DNA of 64,000 bases, taken from Octopus sinensis (taxonomy: Eukaryota). Under the pieces are notes generated by a model that worked only from the letters and a program-made list of their open reading frames with translations, did no database searches and was not told the DNA's origin. The DNA is taken from NCBI RefSeq assembly GCF_006345805.1, contig NC_042997.1, positions 116,994,001 through 117,058,000 of the forward strand, read 5' to 3'. Shown one piece after another: positions 13,091 through 25,200 of this stretch (position 1 is the stretch's first letter; each line of letters begins with the position of its first letter). Position numbers and translations under genes: made by a program.

Positions 13091-13410
13091 CTGGCACTCT
13101 GTCAGCTACGACGACGAGGGTTCCAGTTGATCCGATCAACGGAACAGCCTGCTCATGAAATTAACACGAAAGAGGCTGAACCTTCCACAGACACGCATAC
13201 CCATAATGTAGTTTTCAAGGAGATTCGGCGTAACACATGATATGAGAATGCTGGCTCTTTGAAGTACAGGTATTATTCACTTTTGTCAGTTGAGTGGACT
13301 GGAGCAACGTAAAATGAAGTGTCTTGCTCAAGGAAACCATGCAGTGCCGCGTATCGAGCTCACGACTTACGACTGTGAGCCGAAAGCCCTAAACATCAAA
13401 CCACGCGCTT
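13091..13410 (-). mobile_element. SINE family C variant
   Basis: Shares tail (gttccagttgatccgatcaacggaacagcctgc) and a tRNA-like head with 6306-6686; middle gagcaagacactt..ccagtccactc. Confidence 0.85.
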
Positions 13411-13497
13411 TCATTGTTTATGTTTTACAGCACACTATACTGGATTCATACTGTTTGTTTGGCCTTCATTTTTCGTTTGTTTCCGCTTGTAGGTTAC

Positions 13498-13526
13498 CTT
13501 CTTAAACCATATATCCGCCTTCAGAC
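13498..13526 (-). CDS. Candidate 29-nt microexon ((G)LKADIWFKK)
   Basis: Minus strand ttttttcag|GTCTGAAGGCGGATATATGGTTTAAGAAG|gtaacc: strong acceptor and donor, only one open frame. Confidence 0.25.
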
Positions 13527-14357
13527 CTGAAAAAAAGGCAAATTGTTCCAGCATTATCAAGCGATATCGAGTATTCAGGGTTAATGGCATTGACAGGTTT
13601 AAAATCACTTAATGTATACTGAATTTGAGCAACATCCCTGGCTCATTGTATTGTTGCCTTTGTATATTTGAACCTCGCGAAAACAAAAGCAAACAAAAAC
13701 CAGTTTTAAAGTAGATAATCAGCGTTGATATGTAAATGCCTCGTAAACACGCAATACATTGCTAATTTTAGAACTCTTCAGTTAGGTTGAACATAGATTC
13801 TCATGCAACCGGAAGTTAGTACATCATTACCATTTAAACAGGATAAATCGGTAATAAAAAAAAACAACAAACGAAGTGGAAAATTATCTGCTTTACCAGC
13901 CAGTCAAGACAGCGGATTTTCCAGGAATAGGAGTATTGCCCAAGTTCTATTTTGTACTGTAATTTTAGGATCATGATTGCCCTTTGCGGAATAAGTTCTT
14001 TGCTTTCTAGATGCTGTTTTGTAACTACACGTTAAAAATAATTTGTTTAATCTGATGTCATTTTGGTTGCTTAGTAATAATCAGATGTTGCTATAATGGA
14101 CATACGACACAAATGCCTCGCTCCTGCTGACTTATCTTGATTCCCTGGGAGCGTTTATGTCTTTTGACACTAACGGATTGAATGGTACTGCCCACGCATC
14201 GAAATTACAGTAACATTCATTTGGCAACTGATGATGGGAATGTATATTTGATATGCTTGTTCGTGAATTTTTCATGCTTTAGAATTTTGTTATTCTGAAT
14301 TGTCCTTCAGTTTCGTACATTTGAAAATGTTTGTAGATTTATATATATATATATATA

Positions 14358-14863
14358 CTAGCAGTATCGCCCGGCGTTGCTCGGGTTTGTAAGGTAAATA
14401 ACTATATAAGCATTTTTAGAGAGTTACTTCCCTTATAAATTCGGGCTTTCTTAGCCATTTTTGTTTTGGTGTCTTCAAGCCATGAAGTCGTTGTTCTAAA
14501 AGAACGCTGGTTTCCTTCACAACGCATTACGACGTTGATTTCTTTACACTCCCTTCCCCACAGCTTCACGAGGGAGGGAAGGGGGAGAAGCAAACAGGTG
14601 CAGCTGTGAGCGTGGACGCCAACTCCGCCGCCATCGATACACGATGCATTTTATGCATTAAAATGGAATAAAAAATTATGTTAAATTATTTTTAAAATCG
14701 TAGACTCATCGTTGACGCGCGCTAATACTCAGACGGGCTCGATATGAATCACGACTATAAGATACCCGAATTTGGTTAAACTGCACCGCAAAATGTGGGA
14801 GGAGTTAGGAATCTAAATCGAAGGGGACAGACACTCACACAACTAGAGTTTTATATATATAGA
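14358..14863 (-). mobile_element. Non-autonomous Helitron, family 1, complete
   Basis: Minus strand starts A|TCTATATATA and ends with hairpin cccgagcaacgccggg (14370-14385), then CTAG|T. Inserted in an (AT)n tract with no TSD. Confidence 0.85.
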
Positions 14864-14875
14864 TATATATACATA

Positions 14876-15550
14876 CTAGCTGGCACCGTCCCATCAAAAA
14901 TGACGGCTAATTGTAGTATTTTATATATAGATAAGGTACAAAACCACGGTTTTAGTTTAATAATTCTTTTATTACCAAATTTATAATATATTTTCAACTG
15001 AAGTCGTTTTATATTCTTGATACACACAGGCCGTAATTATTTATGTGTGTGTGTGTGATTGCAATAATTATTATTAACAAAACAGATAGAATATGGATGA
15101 TAACTCAAATTAATACACTTGCCAATGTTATCTTGTGTTTTCTTTTGAGATATGACTCATTCATCGTTTGTTACTGAAAGAACGCTGGTTCACACATTCA
15201 CGTACTTCCCTTTTACACGCACACACATACACATACATGCTAACATAGAGTTGAAACGCTGTTTGATTTTTCTTGTCACCGTTGAATTTTTATCATCTCC
15301 CTTTCCTTGTGTGCGCGCACACTCAAACACACACACACACACAGGCATTCACATACCCCCCTTTTACATACACACACATATACTCACACAGAGTTGAAAT
15401 GCTGTTTGATTCATTTTCTTCACCATAGAATTTCCATCGTACCACTACCAAGTTTGCCATCACCCCTCCTTCCTTATTCATCTATCACTCCTTCCTTTCT
15501 CATTCATATGTTGAGACGGAGAAAAAACACAAGAATATTATTATAGTAGA
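14876..15550 (-). mobile_element. Non-autonomous Helitron, family 2, apparently complete
   Basis: Minus strand starts A|TCTACTATAATAA (15550) and ends with hairpin ccgtc/gacgg (14886-14906), then CTAG|T. Contains an internal ~100-bp imperfect tandem duplication. Confidence 0.7.
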
Positions 15551-15613
15551 TAATGTGTTTAGTGGAAATTACTAGTTCTCTTATTTTGTCCGTCTATATA
15601 TAAAACAAAAAGG

Positions 15614-15884
15614 CTGGCACTCGGTCGGTTACGATGACGCGGGTTCTAGTTGATCTGCTCATGAAATTGACATGTAAGTGTCCGAGTACTCCACAGACAT
15701 GGGTACCCTTAACACCGTTGTCAGGGAGGTTCAGCATGACACAAAATGTGACGAGGCCGGCACTTTGAAATGCAGTTACTACTCAATTTTGCCAACAGAG
15801 TTGATATAACACGCTCCCAGGTTTCGAACTCACGACTTTACGATCGTGAGCCCGATATCCTAATCATTAAGGCACACGCCTTCA
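15614..15884 (-). mobile_element. SINE family C variant, internally deleted
   Basis: Tail ctggcactcggtcggttacgatgac and head ...gatcgtgagcccgatatcctaatcattaaggcacacgcc. Confidence 0.8.
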
Positions 15885-16046
15885 CTATCTGTCTATATAT
15901 ACACTCACACATACTCACGTATGCATATAGTTATATAAATGTACACATTTATAAAGAGTTATTAATAAGGGTTCATCAATCCAGACAAAATATTTCTTGA
16001 GATCTCTCCTGATACAAACACACCAGGTTAATAAAATATTTTTGAA

Positions 16047-16372
16047 CCTGAGCCTCCGGCTGACCAAAGCCTTGTGAGTGGATTTGGTAGACGAAAACTG
16101 AAAGAAGCCCGTCGTATATATACGTATAAATATGTATGTGTGTGTATAATATTTGTGTGTTCCCCTCTGTGTTCCCCTCCCCCCCAACATCGCTTGACAA
16201 CCAATGGTGGTGTGTTTACATCCCGTAACCTAGCGGTTCGGCAAAAGAGACCGACAGCATACGTACTAGGGTTCCAAAGAATAAGTCCTGGGGTCGATTT
16301 GCTCGACTAAAGGCGGTGCTCCAGCATGGCCACAGTCAAATGACTGAAACAAGTAAAAGAGTAAAGAGAGAG
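16047..16372 (+). mobile_element. SINE family A, 5'-truncated
   Basis: gaccaaagccttgtgagtggatttggtagac...ccagcatggccacagtcaaatgactgaaacaagtaaaagag. Confidence 0.92.
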
Positions 16373-16377
16373 TATAC

Positions 16378-16414
<37 letters not shown>

Positions 16415-16443
16415 ATATATATTATATATATATATATATATTT

Positions 16444-16643
16444 ATTTATTTTATAGAAGGAGCTTCTACAGGACTAGAACTGTTTCATTCAAAAGAAATA
16501 ATCAGGAAGCTCCCTGATGATTTCTTTTGAATGAAACAGTTCTAGTCCTGTAGAAGCTCCTTCTATAAAATAAATTAATTTACACTGCTATGTATTGAGT
16601 ACCTTATTTACTGTGGTTAACCCCGACTCAACCCGGGACCTAC
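16444..16643 (+). mobile_element. Penelope-like terminal repeat relic with inverted duplication, inserted in (AT)n
   Basis: Perfect 56-bp inverted arms (16444-16499 / 16520-16575), a hammerhead core, AATAAA and a tail ending acccgggacctac. (AT)n lies on both sides. Confidence 0.65.
16506..16560 (+). ncRNA. Minimal type I hammerhead ribozyme motif
   Basis: CUGAUGA 16514-16520, stem II uuc/gaa, GAAA 16533-16536, stem III acag/cugu, GUA cleavage triplet 16550-16552. Stem I has 6 of 8 pairs. Confidence 0.6.
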
Positions 16644-16684
16644 ATATATATATATATACACACACACACAAACTCATTAGAGGA

Positions 16685-16846
16685 AATAATTATTGCCTGA
16701 GTGTATCAAGAATATAAAACGACTGCAGTTGAAAGATATATTATAATTTGGTAATAAAAGAATTATTAAACTAAAACCGTGGTTTTGTACCATATTTATA
16801 TATAAAATACTACAAATAGCCTTCAATGCATATTAAACACAGCTAG
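16685..16846 (+). mobile_element. Helitron family 2, 3' fragment
   Basis: Near-identical inverted copy of 14876-15045; ends CTAG|T but the subterminal hairpin is degraded. Confidence 0.7.
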
Positions 16847-17092
16847 TATGTCTCCAGGGCACAAATAATAAATGCATAAAGCCATTATTTATTCCTTCTC
16901 TTATACATAATTCTATATAGATTTTACAGAATACTGTAGAAACAAACCAATAATTAGTTAATGGAACTAGCTGTTAAGAATGCATTAAATATCTAATTTA
17001 GGAAAGTCCTTTGCAATATTGAATCTATAAGCAGTTGATGAAATCCAAACCCAGAAGTGAAACTACTTCGGTTCATCGTTACTTTTCGTTCG

Positions 17093-17233
17093 TTAAGACA
17101 ATATATATGAGGGCCAGTAGTTTTGAAACTGGCTCCACTGATTCCATTTCCTTTTTACTGCTTCACGAAGTTGTTGCGTATAAAGAGAAACTGTTTGTAT
17201 GTATGTGGACGTATTCAGTATTTTCAGTGTTGG
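17093..17233 (-). CDS. Candidate terminal exon (PTLKILNTSTYIQTVSLYTQQLREAVKRKWNQWSQFQNYWPSYILS*)
   Basis: Frame opens right after a ttttttag acceptor and runs 46 codons to TAA. The opposite strand is also open. Confidence 0.15.
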   Translation of the reverse strand, partial: PTLKILNTSTYIQTVSLYTQQLREAVKRKWNQWSQFQNYWPSYILS

Positions 17234-17349
17234 CTAAAAAACCCTGGATTTATGTAGAAGTATGACAGAAAGAAAACGTTATTAACGCAGCAGAAAATTT
17301 TTAATCTGACTAGTTGCCAAGAACAGTTTATATATGGAAATTGATCTCT

Positions 17350-17450
17350 TCACATATATGTATGTATGTGTGTATGTATGTATGGATGGATGTATATGTA
17401 TATATATGCGTATATATATATATATATATATTTGTGTGTGTAAATGTATG

Positions 17451-17509
<59 letters not shown>

Positions 17510-17580
17510 GCGTTGTATGTATATATATATGTATATATATGTATTTACATGCTTATACGAAATATGTATATGTACATACA
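17350..17580. repeat. Compound (TA)n/(TATG)n microsatellite
   Basis: Direct reading. Confidence 0.95.
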
Positions 17581-18364
17581 TATTAGATTTGTGTGTGTTA
17601 GGCTCTGTGTTTGTGTGAGCATGTACTTATATATACGGACGCCTTTGACCCAGCTTGTCTCCTAATTTTCAAGTAGGAGCCATTGGTTACGTGTATGTGT
17701 TTATGTATGAATACGTGTCGACGCGTGCTTCTGTATATTTGTCATTGCGTATTTTTAATAATTCGACCGAACATACGAAACAGAGAACGCAAAATAAGCA
17801 AGATATTGAAATACAGAAATATTCTCCTAAAATAGAATATATTTCTATCTTTCTGATGTGAATCTCTTTACTTTTTATTTCAACATAACGCTTTGTTACA
17901 TTTGATGACAAGGCTGTATAAGAATGCTATTTATAAACAGCAAAACATATATCTCTTCAGTTCTCTGTATACGATGTGTTTTGGTTATGTTATAGCGTGC
18001 AGTCTGTGAGTATTAGTTTTTGGCCAGAAGATCTCCAAATAGACAATCAGCTCCATTGCATTTCCAGTAACTTGTGTGAGTGGATTGTGTCTGTGTATGG
18101 CAGGCAGAATAAATACCACGAGGTATCTTGGCCTAAATATACCTATCGGTTTTGTTTGGTGTTGATGTTTTTTGCCTATGTATACATCTTTCACTCATGC
18201 ACATTTTAAAACAGCCTTTCAATGGATTTCTTCTTTTCAAACGAACCGAATTCCGGCAGCAATTACACCATAAAGTAAATGTTTAGGATTACAATGTTCA
18301 GCCATTGTCATAGGTGTTCTGTCCGCACATTAAGGACAATAGTTGACAAGAATGTTTTCTGGTA

Positions 18365-18775
18365 GGCGAGCTGGCAGAAACGTTAGCACGCCGGGTGAAA
18401 TGCTTAGCAGTATTTTGTCTGCCTCTACGTTCTGAGTTCAAATTCCGCCGAGGTCGACTTTGCTTTTCATCCTTTCGTGGTCGATTAAATAAGTATTAGT
18501 TACGCACTGGGGTCGATATAATCGACTTAATCCCTTTGTTTGTCCTTGTTTGTCTCCTCTGTGTGTAGCCCCTGTGGGTAGTAAAGAAATAGGTATTTTG
18601 TCTGCCGCTACGTTCTGAGTTCAAATTCCGCCGAGGTCGACTTTGCCTTTCATCCTTTCGGGGTCGATTAAATAAGTATTAGTTACGCACTGGGGTCGAT
18701 ATAATCGACTTAATCCCTTTGTTTGTCCTTGTTTGTCTCCTCTGTGTGTAGCCGCTTGTGGGCAGTAAAGAAATA
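18365..18775 (+). mobile_element. SINE family B, head plus two tandem body units
   Basis: ggcgagctggcagaaacgttagc head; the body restarts at 18593 (gtattttgtctgccgctacg). Confidence 0.93.
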
Positions 18776-18789
18776 AGAATGCTTTCTGT

Positions 18790-19530
18790 TTGGAATTTGA
18801 CATCTCAGATAAATTTCTGGATTTGGTGTAAAAGTATTTCGTTTTCTTCTTCCCACCAGAATTCTGCGCAAGTCGCGCTGAACGAGTCTCGATAAGATTC
18901 TTAGATGACGTTTATACACTAGTCGTAGTTCACGAATCTATAAAAGAGGTGAGACGTCACAGGCTTGATATACATATCAAGTCGGTTTGTCTTCTTTTCC
19001 TCCATCTTCCCAAAAGCTTTGGTTACTTTTTCCAAGTCTTAAGGTGATTTACTTGGCTAAGAAACCATCTTACGAGAATCTACTACCAAGGCACCGAACT
19101 GATCAACAGCCATACGACGCTGACCGAATACAAGAATATTTTGTTCTACCAACATGGAGTCGGTTGCTGCATGTTGACTATCCAATTTACATTAGTTGTA
19201 AAAGTAAAACCTGAATATATATTGGAGAGGTGTCCATTAGGTCCTGCAACTCGTGCGCACTTTTACTAGGTTGCTAGGTCACAGTCATCAGTGTAGAGTA
19301 GATCGCATATGAGAATTGTCAGCACCTTAGCGTTTACACCAAGTAGAAGTAGAATGAAACACTCACCAGTAGGTCTACATCTTCCATTTTCATTTGTTAA
19401 AATTGCTTTACAAAATATTCCAAAAAGCTGTGGTACAAGAATGCAACCCTGTTTCACATCATTTGCAATTGAAACGAGGTCTGAGAGAGAACGCAATCAA
19501 ATTTCACCCATTCGCTGCTATCATCGCGGT
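18790..19530 (-). mobile_element. RTE-clade LINE, decayed RT fragment
   Basis: NDVKQGCILVPQLF, ICDLLYTDDC (RT YADD-type motif), HELQDLMD, YKRHLRILSRLVQRDLRRIL. Confidence 0.85.
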
Positions 19531-21910
19531 GTCATCACGTAGTAATAAAAGAAAAAGGAGAAAGCAACTGAGCTTAGAGCCATTCAAAATATTATTTGAC
19601 CATTAACAGCTGCAATGTTTTCTTTCGAAATCGATGAAACATTGATAGTGGTCGAGATTTTGATCGATGCACTTTTCCTGTTGATGCCATGCAGTGAATA
19701 TCATATCAATAATACTATATCATTTTGAACCAACGCCATATTTAGTTTCCCGATATATTTTTCTAAACTGTTTCGAAAGACATTGACAAATACATTCCCA
19801 ACATTGGAGAGTAAAACATTTCCCCGATAATTACCCCAAATATCTTCGAATTCTTGAACAGAAAAATAAGCAGCTCATCCATTCAGCGGTAATATGTTCC
19901 TTTAGCTCAGACTGAAACACACGTACCTCATGTAAGAACCCAGTAACCTTAGAAATGCCTACTTGTTGAATTTCGCGCATATGACATCAAGGCCAGCTAC
20001 TTTCCCAGTGTTTCTTTTGCCTAACAACTTTGATTTCTTCTACAAGGCTAGAGATATTCCCTAGCATTTCTTTTATTTGATGTTAGTCTTAAAGTCAGTC
20101 TTGATGTATTTTTATTCACTTGCGAGATTTCGACGAGTATCACAGACACGCACAAAGACCGAGAGACTGTTGTATAATTATGGCCTCTTTTTGCACAAGA
20201 TTAAATGTGTCGTTATTTTGTGTATATGCATGAAAATCTATTCATAACTTATCCCCAGCACGTGGTATTACTACTTCATTAACAGTACATTTCTGGAGAC
20301 ATGTGATTATGAAGCGCTCTTTACCAAACAGGCATGCCAGAAAATAAAATGTGAATATTGAATTTAATACATCTCTAGATTCTTGGTTTGTACATTATGC
20401 CGTTGAACACACGGGTTTCTCTTGTATTGACTGCTCCATTAAACAGCCAAATGTTAAAATGATTCAGAATTTTTGTCTCCAAATATAAGCCTTTTAGGTA
20501 CCTTCTATGCGGTAAATATGTCCTAGAAATAGTTGTCAAATCTCTTTCAAACCACATTCTGCATTAGTCAAAACAGAACATATTGAATCATGCAACCCTA
20601 CTACGCTACTAGATTCGAAAGTGAAAGCAAAAACTCGGAATCGTCATGGCTTGAACTCCTTAGGTCTTATTCTACTTAGAGCTGACACAAGCTAGCGAGT
20701 AAAACCTAACGTAATATAAGGAGATATCATGCTTTAGTATGGGTTGGTAGCTAATTGTTTTAGGTGCCTATGTTAGTCGTAAGCAGTTATAGACATACTC
20801 TCGCCCTCCTTTACTTTTTACGAAACAGAATCTTGGTACATGACTGCTAGGAAAGAAAGAGCTGTACCAGCAACTGGTTGATATACAATGCAGTAGAGAA
20901 GAGTAGATCAAGGAGAGATAAATTTCTTTACTTATGGAAATTTCGTACCACCCAGTTCATGAATGGATCCCAGGAACTTACGACCATGGAGCAAACACTT
21001 TAACCACTAAGCCACGAGGCCAGCAAAAAATATACAACTATGGATGTTGAACTTTACGAAAACAGTGTTTTGTTTCTGCATCTGATTTTTCTATATGTGA
21101 GCTACAAGTTAACGAGAAAGCCTCGATTACGTTACTTAAATCCGCTAGAAAGAGCAGCCAAAACTTCGATACAACTCTTTTACTGTCTTAAAAATAAAAG
21201 TGAATTTGATAAGGTAGACGTAGATAGGGTCTTCCTGAAACAACAAATACAGACTGCTTTTAATCATAGGTTTACTACATCAATGATAATATGCGCTACC
21301 CCACCACCGCCACCAACAACAACTGCAACATCTACAACAACAACTATATTGCACTGCACACAAGCTTATCTGAAATGCAAATGCAAGGAAATTTAAAAGG
21401 TGTGAGAGTGCCTTGGAACCTCAAAGTAGTGTGCCCGGGAGACTCATGAATATCATCCAACGGAAAAGATTTCGGTTATCAAAGTATAATAATATATGAG
21501 GAAATACTGTCAGCTGAAACACCTGCGAATGAAGGTGAAGTATCAATATTATCGATCAATAAAGATATAAAGACTGTGCTATCATGTTTGTATACAGGTG
21601 AGAAACAGAGAGATGAAGCGAGAGAGAGAGACAGAGAGACAGAGGGAGAAATGGGGGTAGGGAATATGTGACAGAGACAAAGCGAGATATGGAAACAGGT
21701 AGAGAAAGAGAGAATGAAGGAATGAAGGAAACAAGAAAGACGAAGAGAGCAAATGAGAAAGTGAACGAAAGGAAAGAGTGAATGAAATGCTGAAAAAGAT
21801 GAAGGAGCGAAACGAAAACCCGAACTGATGGCAATTAGTATAGAGTATTTAGACACATACCTATACAAATGTTCATATATGTATTCATGTATATATCCAG
21901 GTATGCGCAC

Positions 21911-21953
<43 letters not shown>

Positions 21954-22607
21954 TGTGTGTGTGTGTGTATTGTATGACAAGATACTCGAAAGAGAGCAGT
22001 AATCTCGAACTCCTTCCTTCACCTAAAGCCAACCACATAAGAATGGCCATTGGAAGGGTGACACTGGCATTGCTCCAGCATGGCCACAGGGCCAAAGCAC
22101 ACAAAGAAATAAGAGAATATAAATACACATGCATATACATGTATATATACATGCATACATCTGTGCGTGTGTATGTGTGGACATGAATATATATATATAT
22201 GTATGTATGTATATATGCATGACAGAGAGAGAAAGAGAGAGAGAGGAAAAGTGCACTCTGCCGAAAGTAATGAGAACAAGATTTTCATCAGGTGAATATC
22301 AATAATCCAGTTGCAGAAGAGTATTTTCGAAGAATTTGTTTGTGTGTTCGCGATATTCGACTTAGCAGAAAGCGATACACAGGAAAGGTAGAGAGTAGTC
22401 TACTAATGGAGACAACAAGTTCAGCTTGGATGACAGAATCTATAGAATGCCAAAAGAACGAGAAAGAATATGAACCGATTTCGTTGTTCTCCTCAAATCA
22501 CGAACACGCAAATAAGTAATAACATGGAAAGTAACCGGAAAACAAAAACGTAGTATTACATGTGCCGAGGAGAGCAACGGAAAAGTACAGTAATATAATA
22601 GACAAGC

Positions 22608-22643
22608 ACGCACACACACACACACACGCACACACGCACACAT

Positions 22644-22721
<78 letters not shown>

Positions 22722-22994
22722 ATGCGTGTGTATAGTGTGTGTATGTGTATGTATATATGAGCACACACACACACACACACACATATATAATAATAATAAT
22801 AATGATAATAATGATAATAATAATAAATTTGTGTATGTGACGTAGCAAATTTTTGCTGAACCCTAATTATAATTATACTCATATTATTTAAAAAATATTG
22901 TTTATATATATATATATATATATATATACATACATATATAAATATGTATGTATGTATATATATATATATTATATATATATATATATAATATATA

Positions 22995-23035
<41 letters not shown>

Positions 23036-23075
23036 CATACATATATATATATATATACTCACATCTAACTAGCCA
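22608..23075. repeat. Compound (CA)n/(TA)n/(AAT)n microsatellite block
   Basis: Direct reading; source of the 168-aa I/Y-rich pseudo-ORF. Confidence 0.97.
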
Positions 23076-24017
23076 CAAACTATCACTAAGAACATAAAAT
23101 TCCTTTTTCTTCTCCCTTTCTCTTCCTCTCTCTCTTTCTCTCTGATACATATATATATGTGTGTGCACATATGTATTTATAAGCGCATACCGACACAAAA
23201 ACACACACACATACGCACATAACCGATCTTTTTATTTATCTATCTACATATATATATATCTATATATATATATATATACATTTAAATCCGTTCATTTGAT
23301 TGATATCTCATTAATGTGATTGCATTACTATGAATCTTCACCTGGAATACAATTTACTGTCACTGATTACCTTTTCCTAATTCCTCTCACCTTAATTGTC
23401 TCCTTCTCTCTCGATATTCACCTAAATTACCAACCTTGCTAGCTAGGTAACTATTTGATACAGTTCTCCTCTCTCTATATATGTTTACCAGTCTACCTCC
23501 TACTTCACTCTACATACTTCTCTTCTTATACACATGATCGCAAGAAGCACTGTCATACCAATATATACATACATGTATGCAGGTAATTTAAAAAGTAAAA
23601 TAAAACAGTTCTAGAAATAGGCCAGATGAAAACTACTTAGATAGTGATGTCACCTGTGTGGAAACTAACCTCAAGTGATGATTGAGAGTAATAATGAGAA
23701 TATTGATGATAATATTGATGATGATGATGATGATGGTGATTTCTTTATTTAAGGAACGAAAATATCAAGATTATCTGGCATCGGTAGCTTTGGCTAATTA
23801 GTATTGATTTTGTTGTTATTTCCATAATTGTGATTTCTTGCGAAATATATTATCTTAATATTACGACTACGCAACAAAAACAACAACTACAGCATCATGA
23901 ACAACAACATGGCCCCACTTTATTCATTAAATATTAATTAGTGATAATTTTAATCATTCCGCTTGTTTCAGCTCACCAACCACGGCTAAGTACATGCTAA
24001 GAGAACCGCTTTATATG

Positions 24018-24053
24018 TACACACACACACACACACACAGACGCATACACACA

Positions 24054-24130
<77 letters not shown>
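24018..24130. repeat. (CA)n microsatellite
   Basis: Direct reading. Confidence 0.98.
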
Positions 24131-24139
24131 ATATCTGTG

Positions 24140-24800
24140 TATGGTGGTTGTAAGGAAGCTAGATTCACAACCACGTAATTTCTTGAGGTTGTTTCTTCTA
24201 CTGTAGCACTGGGCTTATGAATGCTTTGTGAGTGAAGTGGGAAAATGGAAACTGTGTAGAATCCCTCTGTCCATGTATATATATATAGGCGGGCTGGCAG
24301 AACTGTTAGCACTCTGGGCGAAATGCGTAGCCGTATTTCGTCTGCCGTTACGTTCTGAGTTCAAATTCTGCCGAGGTTGACTTTGCCTGTCATCCTTTCG
24401 GGGTGGAATCGACTTAATCCGTTTGTCTGTCATTGTTTATCCCCTCTATATAACGATGTCATTGTTTATCCTGAGACACCGATTAAATTAGTGCCATGCT
24501 TTAAAAAATATGTAAGTACTGTGATTGATTCGTTCGACTAAAATTCTTCAAAGCAGTGCCCCGGTATGGCCATAATGTAATGACTGAAAGTGTAAAATAC
24601 AAACAAAAAGATAAAAGATAGATTTTTGTTTTTATGCTTCCCCTCCACCATTGTTTGACAAACCGGCGCTGGTTTGTTTGCGTCCTTTCAATTTAACCGT
24701 TCGGCAAAAATGGGCGATGGAATATGTGCCAGACAGAAAACTAAGCATTTGGGTTTATTTGTTCGACAAACCCTTCAACGCAGTACCAAAATTTGGTCGC
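24140..24800 (+). mobile_element. Cluster of degenerate SINE A pieces with a family B copy (24287-24425)
   Basis: A-type head at 24140, B head ggcgggctggcagaactgttagc at 24288 and A tails at about 24500-24620 and 24640-24800. Confidence 0.75.
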
Positions 24801-24827
24801 AGACCAGTAGCTAAAACAAGCAATGCA

Positions 24828-24829
24828 TT

Positions 24830-24915
<86 letters not shown>

Positions 24916-25011
24916 TTTAATTGTTACAGTTGAAAAAGTCTCAATGACTGAAACCGATACTGAAATGTTTTTTATAAAATTATTTTAGCATTTTCTATCT
25001 TGACTTTTTTT

Positions 25012-25056
<45 letters not shown>

Positions 25057-25200
25057 GTAATATAATGTAATATAATGTATGTATGTAGGTATGTAGGTAT
25101 GTAGGTATGTATGAATGTATATATGTTTATATGAATTTATATATGTTTATATGTATGTATATACGCGTGTATGTATGTATAGATATATGTGTATGTATAG
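24828..25200. repeat. Interrupted (TA)n and (TATG)n tracts
   Basis: Direct reading. Confidence 0.9.

Noticed and set aside
22556-23062. Long ORFs rich in I/Y, C/V, H/T or R/E (also 4015-4441, 17282-17665, 29709-30005, 31095-31701, 46889-47245, 57186-57581)
   Set aside because: They are translations of dinucleotide microsatellites, which lack stop codons in some frames.
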